Below, in pieces: positions 51,201-63,388 of a DNA stretch of 64,000 nt. Position 1 is the first letter of the stretch. Each line of letters starts with the position of its first letter. The stretch comes from Takakia lepidozioides (Eukaryota; Plantae; Bryophyta). The DNA lies in NCBI GenBank assembly GCA_030704615.1, contig CM060732.1:27404001-27468000 (forward strand), in the 5' to 3' direction. The position numbers and the translations under genes were made by a program. Below the pieces are notes generated by a model. The model did not search any database. It saw nothing but the letters and a program-made list of their open reading frames with translations, and was not told the origin of the DNA.

Positions 51201-54200
51201 ATAAGTACACCACCCCCAATCGCGAAGTCCAACGCATCTGTATGAATCTCGAACGGATGGTCGAACTCCGGGATTTTCAAGACTGGAGCTTCCGCCATCC
51301 GCTGCTTCAATTCAGCAAAAGCTTGGCCACAAAAGGTGTTCCATATCCAGACTTTGGATTTACACAGAAGGTCTGACAGTGGCCCCGCGATCTTGGCGAA
51401 ATTTCTCACATACTTCCGGTAATAGGAGGCGAGTCCTAGGAAGGATCGCACTCCCGAGACCAAAGTCAGAGGCTCCTAGTCCAAGATCGCCCTCACCTTT
51501 CTGTCATCCATTTTGATCCCATCCTATGTAATCACATGCCCCAAGAACTCCACTTTAGTGATCCCGAATTCGCACTTTGAAGCTTTGGCGTACAGCTTCC
51601 CTTCCCGCAAGTTTGGAACACCCTTTTGAGGTGCTCCAGGTGCTCCTCATTTGTTTTCGAGTATACCAAGATGTCGTCGATGTACACGATCACAAAGTCA
51701 TCCAACCACTCCTGGAAAAGGCTGTTCATCAACGTGCTAAAGGTCGCGGGTGCGTTGGTGAGCCCAAAAGGCATCACCAAGAACTCATATGAACCATACC
51801 TTGTCCTGCACGCGGTCTTCTCCTCATCTCCTTCCGCCACCCGAATTTGATGATAGCCGGAGCGCAAATCGATCCAGCTGAAATACTTTGCTCCTGCCAA
51901 CCGGTCAAAAAGGTGGTCGATCCTTGGCAAAGGGTACCGGTTTTTTATAGTCACCTTATTCAGAGCCCTGTAATCGACACACATCCGCAGCATCCCATCC
52001 TTCTTGTCTGCGAACAGCACCGGGGCTCCGTAAGGTGACTTACTCGGCCAGATGTACCCCTTTAACATTAGATCCTTGAGCTGAGTCTTCAGCTCAACCA
52101 ACTCTCTGTGGCTCAACTGGTAGGGTGCCTTGGCAGGCGGTTCCGATCCCGGTATCACCTCAATTTTGTGGTCAACTCCTCTTCGCAGTGGCAAGCCGCT
52201 TGGTAAATCCTCCGGCATCACATCCTGGTATTTCTCCAAAATCCTCTTGATCCAATCTGGGCTCGGCTCCCTATCGCCTTCTCCCTTTACTTCTCTGACA
52301 TAAAGCAAAAACTGGGGCTCGTGTGACTCCTCCACGGCCCACTCCCTTGCTGATAGAAGGTTTATTCGCCCTCCCATGGGTTTGGGCGTTTCCGACACTC
52401 GTAAAATTTTGCCACCATTCCCACATGGCAGCGTGACTACTCTCTTGCGGCCATCTATGACCGCTCCGGATTTGCTCAAAAAGATCATCCCCAAAATGAG
52501 ATCCACTCCTTCGATCTCGCAGATGGTGAAGTTCTCACGTCCCTCCCAACTCCCCAGTTGAAGAGGAACATCGAACGCCAACCTCGTCGCCAGTTGTGGT
52601 TCTCCTTTGGCAGAACGCACCTCAATAGAGGTCCCCACGTCACTTGTCGGGAGTCCCAGCTTTTGTGTCGTTGCTGATGTCATAAAGGAGTGCGACGCTC
52701 CTGTGTCCACCAACAACGACACGTTAGTTCCGGATATTATCCCATCTACGAACAATAACTGGCTCCCTTTACGCAGGGCACCAGTTTCTTGACACAATGC
52801 ACAAGAATAGTCGCCTACCTTGCAAGTCTTGGGAACCACCGCTTCCACCAAGCGAGTGATAGAATCCTCCGACAGCTCTGTGGTCGCTCGAGTCATGTTC
52901 AACTGTCGGGGGTTCGTGCACTTCTTGGCCATGTGTCCGGGCTCCCCGCAATTGAAACACACTCCATCGAAGGTCGCCTTCTGTCCGCCATAAGCCGTTG
53001 CACCTGCTTTTCTTTTTGGAGCACCAGGTGTCGCCTTGACGTATGAAGGCCCTCCCTTCGATTTCCACGTGTCATTCTTGCCGCGTGGCCTATCCCACTT
53101 CTTTTCCGGTCGGAAAGAGTCACCCTTCCGCCGAGCCCTCTTGTGGTTCAGCTCCGTACGGCCTTGTCTTTCACCCCTAGGGACATCCGAGAAACATTCA
53201 GCCCTCTCAATTGCCTCGTTCAAAGTCTTAGGTGGTTTCTCCTCCAACTTCCGCCTGGCCCATGGGGCCAGTCCCGCCACAAAGTTGAAGATCATTTCTG
53301 GTTTTGCCATGTCTGCGACTTCGAGCAACAGCACATTGAAAGTCTGAACATATCCTCGAATGTCATCCGTTTGCTTCAAATACCTCATCTTGTCTCGGGC
53401 GAGCCAGGACGCGTTGAGGGGCACAAACTGTCTCTTCATCAATTCCTTGAACCCACTCTAGTTCAAGGTTTCTGGATTTGGACCTCGGTCGTGAAGGCGT
53501 TTCTGCCACCATTGTTGAGCATAGCCCCTCAAATATGTGGGAGCCACTTCCACCCGATCCTCGTCGCTCAACTTGGCTGCCCGGAAGTACTGCTCTAACT
53601 CCAAGAGCCAAATATTTAGTGCCTTCCGATTTCATGCGCCCTCGAAGGTGCCGGGTTCCTTAGGCTTCACCTTAAACTTTGCCTTAGTGGAAGTGACATT
53701 AGCCGCCTTCAACACGTCTTTCAACGTCCCGCCAAACTGCGCCAACAACCCTTCCCAAAAGACTACTGGCATGGGAGGCATCTGTTGGTTTGTCGGAGCT
53801 CTCAGGGATTCCTCGGGCTCCGACTCCTCAAATTCCTCCCACTCTTGAGCGGCCTCGTTTTCAGAAAACATGCGTCGCTTCCTCAAACGGCCGCCTCGGT
53901 GACACGTCGCCCCCATCGGGCTCATCGGGATCATCATCTTTTGGGCCGTTCCGCTTTCGCTTTGGCTTGCTCGGCCTCATGATGAGGCCAATCCCAAGGA
54001 CGATCGCATACTGAACTCTAAGCTCTGATACCAAGTGTCGCGCACCTCACTTCGGTAAGCTCCCCTTCAAGTCATAGTTACTCGCTTGGATGCGCGAGCC
54101 TAACTCCCAACCTGGCCGCCGGGCCAATTTGGAGCTTTGGCTGCTCACCGAGACATAACGGTCCCCTTTTGCTCTTCTAAAAGACCCTCCACCAATTTGG

Positions 54201-54678
54201 GCCTAGTGGGAATTCCCTTGGTAGATGGCAGTCCGGAATAGCTCCCCACTCTTTGGTCGCTGTCCGGCTCGCTCGCTTACTCACTAGTTTTTGGTCACCA
54301 ACGGGCTTGCACCGTTCTCGGGGTTACTACTCCCTATATATACTTATGTGACTGTCCGCGGGGGTTTCACAAACAACCATGCCATTTTATGGCGAACCAC
54401 CACGAAGACCCTCGACTCCCGGTGATGAGTCGCGGTGAGTCTTGGCCCACCCACCACGGCCCCATTGGACCGTGATGAGTCCCAAGACTCCCCACGACTC
54501 CCACCACGAGGTCTTCGTCCCATGGTGAGTCCACCTAGTGAGCGCCTCCGCCTCCTTGAGTGCTTTGGGCACTCAAGGGTGCTTCAGCCCCCCGTACCTA
54601 TCGCTGCCACTGCCCCCACCACAGGGGTAGCCCCTCTTGTGTCCCGACTCCCTTCCCTCAAGGCAAAGGGCCGCGACA
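48246..54678 (-). mobile_element. Chromovirus Gypsy copy G2 (LTRs 48246-48970 and 54036-54678), rearranged
   Basis: Two LTRs, PBS TGGTATCAGAGC at 54022-54033, gag-pol ORFs, and an inverted segment at ~49638-50500. Confidence 0.93.
50501..53937 (-). pseudogene. Gypsy gag-protease-RT-RNaseH-integrase N-terminus
   Basis: Motifs [42 protein letters not shown] and RNaseH IHTDA; stops and frameshifts are present. Confidence 0.93.
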
Positions 54679-54804
54679 GTGGTCGCATTGTAAGTTGCCT
54701 CCTGATTTCGTGAGGCACCTCCCTTCGCTCTCTTATTTCATTGAAAGACCCTTTCTGCTTGTGCTGGTATTGACATTCTTGAAGTGGATTTGTGCTTACT
54801 GTAG

Positions 54805-55263
54805 GATGTCAAGTACTACAGGAGGGACGTCTACACCGAAGTTCATGGGCAGGAGGAACGTGCCTTTTTTGCCAGGGGGGATTTCATGCCTAGTCCAAAA
54901 AGGGACTACATCCTTCTTACTTATGCTGCCCGGCTTGCTTCGGTGTCCATTAGGAGGTCTTCCGAACCTAGTCGTGTACAACAGATTTTAGACGAGGCAA
55001 GCCTCAAGAAAATGAAGATGAGGGAGGAGGCAGCAGCTATTAGAGCCCGTCAGGCGCGTAGATTTGTCTTGGATTCTGCTGAAGAAAGTAGGGGAGAAGA
55101 GGCAGAAGATTTCTAGGAGGTGAGGTGGACTGTCCCCCAAGGAGAGGACGAAATTTTTGAGAGGCATAGTGCAACCGATGCATCACAGAGCTCGGAGGAT
55201 GGGGGGGATGAGGGGGATGAGGAAGAAGGTGGGGCAAGTTCCTCGGAGGGTGTAGGAGAGTAG
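54805..55263 (+). pseudogene. Probable last exon of a plus-strand MULE gene, acidic tail
   Basis: After a TAG acceptor it reads DVKYYRRDVYTEV...EEAEDF*...GDEGDEEEGG, just inside the right TIR. Confidence 0.45.
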
Positions 55264-55499
55264 TGCCCATTCCAGCTATGACAGTTAGGACACACTTGTA
55301 TAGACGTGGCTTGCCACAAAATTTGCAAAAAAATGTTGCATTTCATTGCTATGACGAGTCCACTGGTGCCACATTCCAACTTCACATGACCCTATTTCCA
55401 TGCCTCCTAACCCTATTTCCGTGGACACACAATGGCCCGCTCATGTTTTTTTTTTTCCGCTCATGCTCATGTCATGCCGCTCATGAAATAGCAGCCCCC

Positions 55500-56215
55500 T
55501 TAGAAAGAGAGTTGGCTGGTGCTGGAGGAGGTATGTGGCTTCTATACTACAAGAGATACATCGATGATGGATTTGGAATTTGGGCAAGATCTCGGGCAAG
55601 TTTGGAGGCTTGGCTTGATGGATACAACTCTCTTAGTCCCACAATTCGGATTCAAAGGGTAATCTCTGAGTCTACGGTTGACATTCTTGATATTCAATTC
55701 TTCAAGGGAGTTGATTTTGACAACCATGGGATTTTATCTTCGAGATGTCATCAAAGGGCACTCAACAGATACCAGTATTTGCCATGGACCTCGTGTCATC
55801 CACGACACCAAAAACGAGCATTCATCATTGGCGAATTACTATGTTACACTTTGAGGGAGAGCACACGGGCAGGTTTTTCTGAGATCAGGCAACTGTTCTA
55901 TGAGCGACTGCGTGCTCGAGGCTATCCAAAGTCTTTTATCTTGGAGTGTTTGTGCTTTGTGACTATGCACAACGTGCTACACTGTTGACTTCAGAGTCCA
56001 CTCATAAGTTGACGGGCAAGCGGGCCCCCTTGGTTCTGAAACTTGAGCATTCGCGTTATACTCAAGCTCTAAGCTTTGAGGGAGTCCTAAACCCTAAACT
56101 TCATGTGGGCTTTTTGAAAGTTCCACAGTTAGCGTCCTTTGACAGACCTATGGTATGTTGGAAGAGTGCACGGAACTTTTGTTCCTATCTAGTTCGTGCT
56201 ATGTTACAAATCTAG
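55500..56215 (+). pseudogene. PLE RT, C-terminal part; ends without GIY-YIG
   Basis: Motifs YYKRYIDDGFGIW, ILDI, YLPWTSCHPRHQK, RLRARGYP and PMVCWKSARN..YLVRA, then a stop followed by the terminal repeat. Confidence 0.88.
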
Positions 56216-56514
56216 AGGCTAGTTGTATTTGAGACATGTAGTTAGCTTCTAGTTTGGATGATTATCCATTTTGGAGAGAACATTAAGATGTTTTTCATCT
56301 AGAATTTCATGCATTGGATATTTCTCCCCTGCCGCGAAAACTTTGGATGTTTTTCATCTAAGTTTTCATGTGTTGGACGATCTCTCCAGCCAAGACAATT
56401 TTGGATGTTTTCCATCCATTAGGTATTTTCTTTCCCCCCCCCCCGAGACAAGTTCACTTTTCGCAGTATATAAGCTGGGTGAGGGGTGCACATTGTATCT
56501 CTTTTCCTTCTCTT

Positions 56515-56556
56515 TCCCACTGATGAGCTCACGTGCTGAGCGAAACTAGTTTGGGG
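56515..56556 (+). ncRNA. Minimal type I hammerhead ribozyme (GUU triplet)
   Basis: tccca-CTGATGA-gctca(cgtgc)tgagc-GAAA-ctaGTT-tgggg, ~50 nt downstream of TATATAAG. Confidence 0.85.
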
Positions 56557-57104
56557 ATTATAGAGATTCGCTTTGCTGCATCTTGTGTTCTTGTCTCTTT
56601 GTCTCATTGACGTTGTTGTTGTTGTTGAGTTTTAGATTTGATTTTCTGCATAGTTCATTGCATTTATTTGCTTTGTGTCTATTGTAGTGCATGTTTTAAA
56701 CTCCTTTTCGGGTGTTGCATGTTAGATCTCCTTCTAAGACTGTTCTTTAGTGTGTCTATTCTCTTACTTAGAGATAGGTTACTATTCTCTTGTCCTTACA
56801 GTGAATTAGTTTCATCACACACACTTGTCTCTTGCATATCTTTGCATTTGCACTTTAGAACATTGCAACATCACTCCCACTCTGTTCTATTCTAGTTTTT
56901 TGTGTCTCAGGATCGATTCTTTTAGTTTTGATTCAGAGGCTAGATATTTCTACAAGTTTTCTAAGGTGTCCATAACTGGCCCCCCCTTAAAACTTGTTTG
57001 CACTTTGCTACTAATGCACCCGGTGCATTCGCGGTTCGAACTCTGTTGCACTGCTACATGTATTTGTTTCCACTCTTTTGTAAACCCTAAACCCTAAACT
57101 TGTG

Positions 57105-58497
57105 AGGGTTTATAAAGGTTTGGCTTCACTACTTTGCATGATCTTGCCTCGTGGACTCACCCTTTCAAGTTGTCGAGTTTTAGATGCGTTTGTATCCCCT
57201 GCTTTACATCATTGCATTGTTATGTGCTTTGTGTCTATACTAGTGCATGCCATAAACTCCCTCTCAAGTATTGCATGTGAGATCTGCATCTAAGTTGTTC
57301 CTAGTGTGTCCATTCTCTTGCAAAACATAGATAGGGTTCTATTCTCTTGTGCATCCAGTGAAATAGTTCTCATATGCACATTTGCCTCTTGCATAGGTTT
57401 GCAGTTGCATTTCAGGACACCTCGCATACTTCTATTTTAGTTTCCTGTCTCTCAGGATCTCTCCTTTCAGGTTTGATTCACAGGATCTGAAATTTTTCCA
57501 GGGGTGCATAACTGGCCCCCCTAAAACTTGTTTGCCCGGATTGTGTTTATCTTGCACCCGGTGCATCCGCGTTGTACTGCTACACTTGTTTTGACACTTT
57601 ATGTGAACCCTAAACTTTCTTATAGTGTTAGCTGCAACACATTTTTAATCACCTTCACGTAATGGAGGCAGATGTTGATCTTCATTCTTTTTGACCAGCT
57701 GCTTATTCATTTGATGAGGCACAATACGAAGACCGAGCCGTGTTTCTTCTTGGAGGTCGGAAGGTGGGGATCGTTGTTGGACCGTTTCGGACACGCAGCC
57801 GCAGGCTTTAGCAAGACAATGGTTGCGCGATGGTCCGCGTGTGCAAAACTCTGACGAGTTTTGCGTTCCTTTCGAAGTGGTTTAAGCCCTTACAATTTTG
57901 CACAACATGCTCTAACTTTAGTATAATTGGTTGTTGCATAGTCATAAACTCACGGAGTTAGTTTGTATTTGAGAGATATGCAATTGCCTCTTTGGATGAT
58001 TTTTATTCTTTGGATCTGGTTCTCTCTTGTCGAGAACTTGTTTTCATCCACTGGATGACTTTCTCCCACCGAGACTTTTTGGACATTTTTCTCCGTACGA
58101 AACATCTGTTGGATGTTTTTTTCCTCCTCACGAGACATCCACTGGAAGATTGTCCACACGAGGCAGTTCACTCCTAGTAGTATATAAGTGGGGGGTGGGG
58201 TTTGTATCTCATTCCTTTTCTTTCCCACTGATGAGCTCACGTGTTGAGCGAAACTAGTCTGGGGTTTATAAAAATGTGGCTTCACTACTTTGCATGATCT
58301 TGCCTCGTGGTCTCACCCTTTGGTTGGTTGAGTTTTTCGAAGTTGTCGAGTTTTAGATGCGTTTGTATCTCCTGCTTTAGATCATGCATTGTGGGGTAAT
58401 GTGCTCTGTGTCTATACGATACGGCATGCCATAAACTGCTTCTCGAGTAGCGCATGCGAGATCTGCATCTAAGTTGTTCCTAGTGTGTCCATTCTCT
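57105..58497 (+). mobile_element. Non-autonomous PLE-related element, second locus
   Basis: 57105-57325 repeats at 58262-58497, and the internal GAACCCTAAACTTTC junction is identical to the one at 20925. Confidence 0.82.
58223..58264 (+). ncRNA. Minimal type I hammerhead ribozyme (GUC triplet)
   Basis: tccca-CTGATGA-gctca(cgtgt)tgagc-GAAA-ctaGTC-tgggg, with TATATAAG at ~58181. Confidence 0.88.
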
Positions 58498-58504
58498 ATC
58501 AAAA

Positions 58505-60192
58505 TATAGTTGCCTCCATCGGGTCACATTGATTTCTTTTTTGGTAGCTGTTTTGCGCATGTTTCCTGCCTCCCTGTTGCGCATCTGGGCCCTAACAGCT
58601 TCACAATTGCAAGTGTAATTTATTTCAAAAACTAATTCAACACCTTTCAAACACAGGGTACACATAGATTTGGCAAGGATTAGAAGTTAAGGCACATCTA
58701 CCGCCCCACAGAACTGGTGTGCATTGCTCGAACTCTTCCCTAAATTTTCCTAGAATAGATAACTCGCACCTCTCGATAGAACTGGAGACATATTACACAT
58801 GACTCTTCACGATTCCCTGAACTTGTTAGTTAAGATTCAAGATTTTTATTTGCTGTACATTTGAGTACCTTTTCACAGTTCTATGTATTTCCTACCCGAA
58901 ATCTTTTGAGCTGACTGACATGAACCATAGTGTAAGCCAGGCAGGTTTAAATGGATACATTCGTCCGGGACTAGCTCCAGTACTTTCTCGGAGTGATCCT
59001 CTGGATTTAACAGCTTTGATCTAACATATCTTCTCCTTGGAGAAAATCTTGAGCCTTCTGTATATGCTCGCCTGCAACACAAGGTGGAGTCTTCGACATT
59101 AGCCTCACACTTTGTTAAATAGAGGGGCATGGATTGGTCCGTGAGAGATTGATAAGTAGATAGTAGATGGAGGTTGAGGACTCGGTCAAGAGAGAAAACT
59201 CGGTCTGCTCCTAGGCTTGAATTATGTGTTCCTCTTAGCAGGCTGCAGCACCACTATAGTCAATCAGTATGCAAGCTATAACCTGAGATGTAGTGAAGAG
59301 ACAGTCATCATTCTTCACTACTCCTGTCTGTACGTAGACTTAAAAACCCAAGTTTACACCAAACAAATGATCCCATTTGTCCCTGCTGTTCGTCTTGTAA
59401 AGTTATTCCCGCTCAGGAAAAAAACTATGTATTTGCCGTACAAGTGCAGAAATTCAATGAATGAATCATGTAACCTTAAGTGACTGCTATGTTTCATGGT
59501 TTCCCGACACTGAAGTAGCTACGTGCTCAGTGATGGCTCCCCATACCTACAAACTTGACGTAAGAATCTTACATCAACATTGTAAACAGCCCCTAGGTCA
59601 ATCTTGTGAGGGCACTTGTCCCTTATGGCCCACCTCCATCCCAGCAGCATTGTGGAAGGACCAGTAACGATATAGACGTCATGCTCCAAGGAAAACGAGA
59701 ACTCCCCCCTCCCAAAAAAGGAGGGGTCGCACCCTGGATGCTTTTCAACTGTAGACCCCACACATGCAAAATTGCAGCCCCTTCTCTCCTGAGGACAAGC
59801 CATCTCAAATCATTGCTTCAAATGTAAACGGTTGCTAAAAGTCACATCTCATAGTTATGGCAGCAAAGAAGTGAAAGCGCGACTTGTAATAGCTACAGTT
59901 CCCTTACTAAAGTCATCCGCTCCACTTCAAATTCCTACAGGTCTCCGTATATGTTATAAATAAATAAATAAATAAACTTTGCTAAGTCTAGGGAAAGCTC
60001 AAAGAGCTAATACAAAAGAAAGTAGGGTACAAGACAAAATGGTGAACAAGGAGTCCAAATGCAGCTACTCTAAGGTGGTAAACAAACAAAGAGAGATGAC
60101 GAACTCCCGAGTCATTGACAAAGACCACATTGTTTGGGAATTTACCTTGTCCATATGACAACCACTTGTGCATCTCTGCGTAAGGAAACAAC
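58505..60192 (-). pseudogene. PRIM1: DNA primase small subunit (PRIM1/POLA4-like), intron-containing, decayed
   Basis: Exons LFPYAEMHKWLSYGQ (60192-60146), KHPGCDPSFFGRGEFSFSLEHDVY...CPHKIDLGAVYNVD (59748-59573), RAYTE...EKVLELVPDE (~59070-58960) and INVTRWRQL. Frameshifts are present and the catalytic exons were not found. Confidence 0.8.
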
Positions 60193-61721
60193 CTTCATGG
60201 TAGCACATCAAACACGTGAGCTCAATCTACGGGCCTGGAATGCGAAGGTACGAAAACATGCGATTCGCATCAACTTCAACAATAGCGTCTGAATGAGGTG
60301 GCAAAGAGACCTAGCAGCTCAAAATGGCAGACCGGGCAGATCACCAGACGCATTGTGCGTGTACACGCGCTAAATTCATGTGGAGTCGACCGATGAGATT
60401 ATGACCAGACAAACCAATATGGGAGAAGACATGAACTAGGTCCTGCAATTCACATTGTCAGGCCATCCAAGACTTACCATAATAAAGCCGCAGATAGTCA
60501 GGGCTAAATCCTTCACACAGCTGGCGGTTTTTGCAGTGTTTTTATTCGCATCATCGTTCTCGTCAAACTCCGCGCGGTCCTCATCTATGGGCTCCGGGGG
60601 GAACTCCCATGGTCCTCGATTCAAGTGAACACAAAAGACTCTAGAGATAAGGAAAATGAAGGTACATTTCAGCTACCCTCAAAGGCATCCTTTCGGAGAA
60701 GATACGGGTCCAGTCCCTCACAGACTGGTGAACAATGTTGTGTACTTTGCGGCTACATTCACAGCAAACAGCAAACTAGATTACAGAGACATTCTCAAAA
60801 TCCTCCTCGGACCTCCAGTGTAACATGCAATGGACCCCTTTCTCACAAGCGGACCAAGAAGAAAGAAGAGCGCCAAGAGAGGATGAAAAAAGTGGGAAAG
60901 GATTGCTGGCTGTGCAGGCTTCCTTGAGCTCACTCTATCATCCATAGGGACACATCCATTCAGTTTTCATCCCCGTGAATCATCTATCTCCTCGTTGTCC
61001 ATGGGAGTCTCAATGGATGTATGAACCCAAGAACTTGGATGTATAATAAAGTTTAGCCCGTAGTAGATGGAATGTATGTAGATGGATGGAAAGCAGCTGA
61101 TTGGGGTGGGTTGAGCTGATTCACGGTGCTCGGCCAGCTCCTGTGACATGGCCCAAGTGCGATGCCATTTGCGGTTTTGCCAATTTGCATGCTGCACTGT
61201 CTTGCGAAAAGCTTAGGCTAAAGCAGAGCGGTTAGCTTAAATTAAACATGGCGCTTGGTGCTGGCTAAACCTATCGTGGAGACTCATATTGCATCCGCGC
61301 TACTGCCTTTTGTCAACACTACGGGCAAGAGATGTGGATATGGAAGAGATGCGTTTTATAGAGTTCTGGATTAGCAACAACCGGTGCATGACCAAGAGAA
61401 TAAGTGGAGCGTGTCAGTGGACTGGAAGGTCGAAGAAGACAGAGAGACGCCATGGCCATATAGACTGATTTCTAGCTTAGTAACAAAAAGAGAATTATGT
61501 GGTGTAGATTGCAATAGCAGTGTGACTGGCCTTTGATTGAATGGACTCAGAGCAGAGACGAGCGAACGTGGAAACGGTGGAAGCGCGTGGCAACTGAGAG
61601 CTTTACAACCTCAGTGCTACTTGCTTTCTGGTTGATTCTACGGCTGTGGGTCGATTTAGGGTTTTGGGGTTTGACTTCATCGGTGGCTCTCCCGGGGCCT
61701 TCCTCAGTCAGCCTGGACAAC

Positions 61722-61946
61722 ATGGCGCAGGGTGGAGGCAGCTGGCAGGAGAAATTCTCGAGACTGCGTGGGCTTGATGATGAGGAAATGGGCGTTATAC
61801 ATGCGGGTCTTATTAGCTTTCAGCGTGAGGGTGGGGACCCAGAGGTTTACTTCCCCCAATGTTTGGCACATGATGTGATTGTCTCAACCCTGAAGCACGC
61901 ATTCCTACGAGCTCCTGCTCCTGCTCCTGATATGTTTCACTCCTAG
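61722..61946 (+). CDS. Small hypothetical protein (74 aa) or gene remnant
   Basis: ATG in an ACAACATGG context and a protein-like sequence MAQGGGSWQEKFSRLRGLDDEEM...; no recognised domain. Confidence 0.3.
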   Translation: MAQGGGSWQEKFSRLRGLDDEEMGVIHAGLISFQREGGDPEVYFPQCLAHDVIVSTLKHAFLRAPAPAPDMFHS

Positions 61947-63045
61947 CTGCTTTATTGGATAGGTTTTTGTAGACTCTTTGCCGCTTTATTGGATAGATGT
62001 CTTTTTGCTCCATTCTTATTCGCGGTTGTTTATTATTTGTATGTGGAATTCTGGTTGCCGACACACTCGTTTTGGAGTAAGGGTTTTCACAAGGATTACA
62101 TGCATTGCACTGCTTCTTGGAATTGTCTGGCCGTGAACCTTTGTGGGCCCTTTTCGTGCGAGGTCAGAGGGCAAGCCCTTCTGAATCTCTTGAAGCGCAG
62201 TGGTCGGTCAGATTGCGGCAGATGATGGCAGGTTTAAAGTGTTGTGTGGCCTGAAACCCTAACTCTAAACCGTCATTTTGGTAGTTCACTTGTGAGTGAT
62301 TGCCGTCCTTGCATCCACTTCTATTTTTATTGTGAGGGAGAGGGAGTCTTCCTTTGTGTCTCTGGAGCTCTCTTGGATTTTTTGCATCCAAATGGCATCC
62401 CAAGAGTATGTACAGGGTTAGGGTTTCAAATCTTCATCTGATTTTTGTTACGTCTCTTGCTTCTTGGTTGAACGTTGTTGTGTCTGTCTTCGCAGCCTAC
62501 TTTCTTTGTTGGGATCGTTGGTTTTGGAAGCCATGGTTGATGGTTTAGGGTGTCAGATAGTGCGTCAAGGAGGGAGTCTGGTGAGTGTACCACACGTGAC
62601 CTGCGAATCAGTAGTGTTGTTCTTCAGAGGATAGAAAGCTCTAGCCGAAATTGTGCGCATGTTTTGAGCTGTTAATTGGTCGATGACAGAATGTGGTTGT
62701 TGGTGACTTATGTGAGTTAACCAAAACCGCCTTGGCTGCAAAACCTTCTGTGACAGTGTTCACCCATTAGCTAGGGTGTCAGATAGTGCGTCATGGAGAG
62801 AGTCTGGTGAATGTCGATGGGTTGCCTAGGGCAGTCTGAGCCCGTTTGTTTTTATGTTTGCAATTCTGATTGTGGGCAGGCACATTTGAATTCCTGCAAG
62901 ACAATTGCAATTTTTTTGGTTTCTTGGCTGCATTGTGCACTCAGGGTTTCAACAGCTTCTCCCAATCCCGTGTGTGATCCTGTGTACGGTTGATACACGC
63001 AGTTTCTTCATTCGATAGATCCATGTTAACAAGTAAATATGACTG

Positions 63046-63388
63046 CTTTGTTGCTTTTCTTTGTTTTTCTGTCTTGAGTTCGAGTAGTTTAAGCAGTCAA
63101 TGAACACAAGGTCAGGTGCTTAATTTTGCAAATAATTTATTTATTCCGTAGGATGGAATCTGCTCAGATTCAAGATTGGATTGGATTGTAAGGAATCTCT
63201 GCATTTCAGTATGGTCTGTGATTGACCCTCATGCTTTTCTATACCTTCTCTCTTGCTTTTGTTGCTTTTCTTTGTTTTTCTGTCTTGAGTTCGAGTAGTG
63301 CAAGCAGTCAATGAACAGAAGGTCAAGTGCTTAGGGTTTGCAAATAATTTATTTATTCCATAGGATGGAATCTGCTCAGATTCAAGAT
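63046..63388. repeat. Local direct duplication (~130 bp, twice)
   Basis: 63046-63176 matches 63255-63388. Confidence 0.8.

Larger units (their letters stand above)
42597..55499. mobile_element. MULE copy C with both TIRs and a 9 bp TSD (TTAGAAAGA); interior replaced by Gypsy G2
   Basis: Left end GAGGTTAGCTATTTCATGAGC and right end GCTCATGAAATAGCAGCCCCC; TSD at 42588-42596 and 55500-55508. Confidence 0.92.
40871..57099 (+). mobile_element. Endonuclease-less PLE with ~550 bp direct terminal repeats (40871-41418, 56537-57088), split by MULE C
   Basis: The terminal repeats are near-identical and the RT ORF rejoins across a 9 bp TSD. TATA box at 56467, hammerhead, and 3' end TAAACCCTAAACCCTAAAC. 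Confidence 0.9.

Noticed and set aside
56990-57099. Telomerase RNA gene (structured RNA with CCCTAAA)
   Set aside because: The sequence is multi-copy and forms the terminus of a retroelement, so a PLE tail is the simpler explanation.
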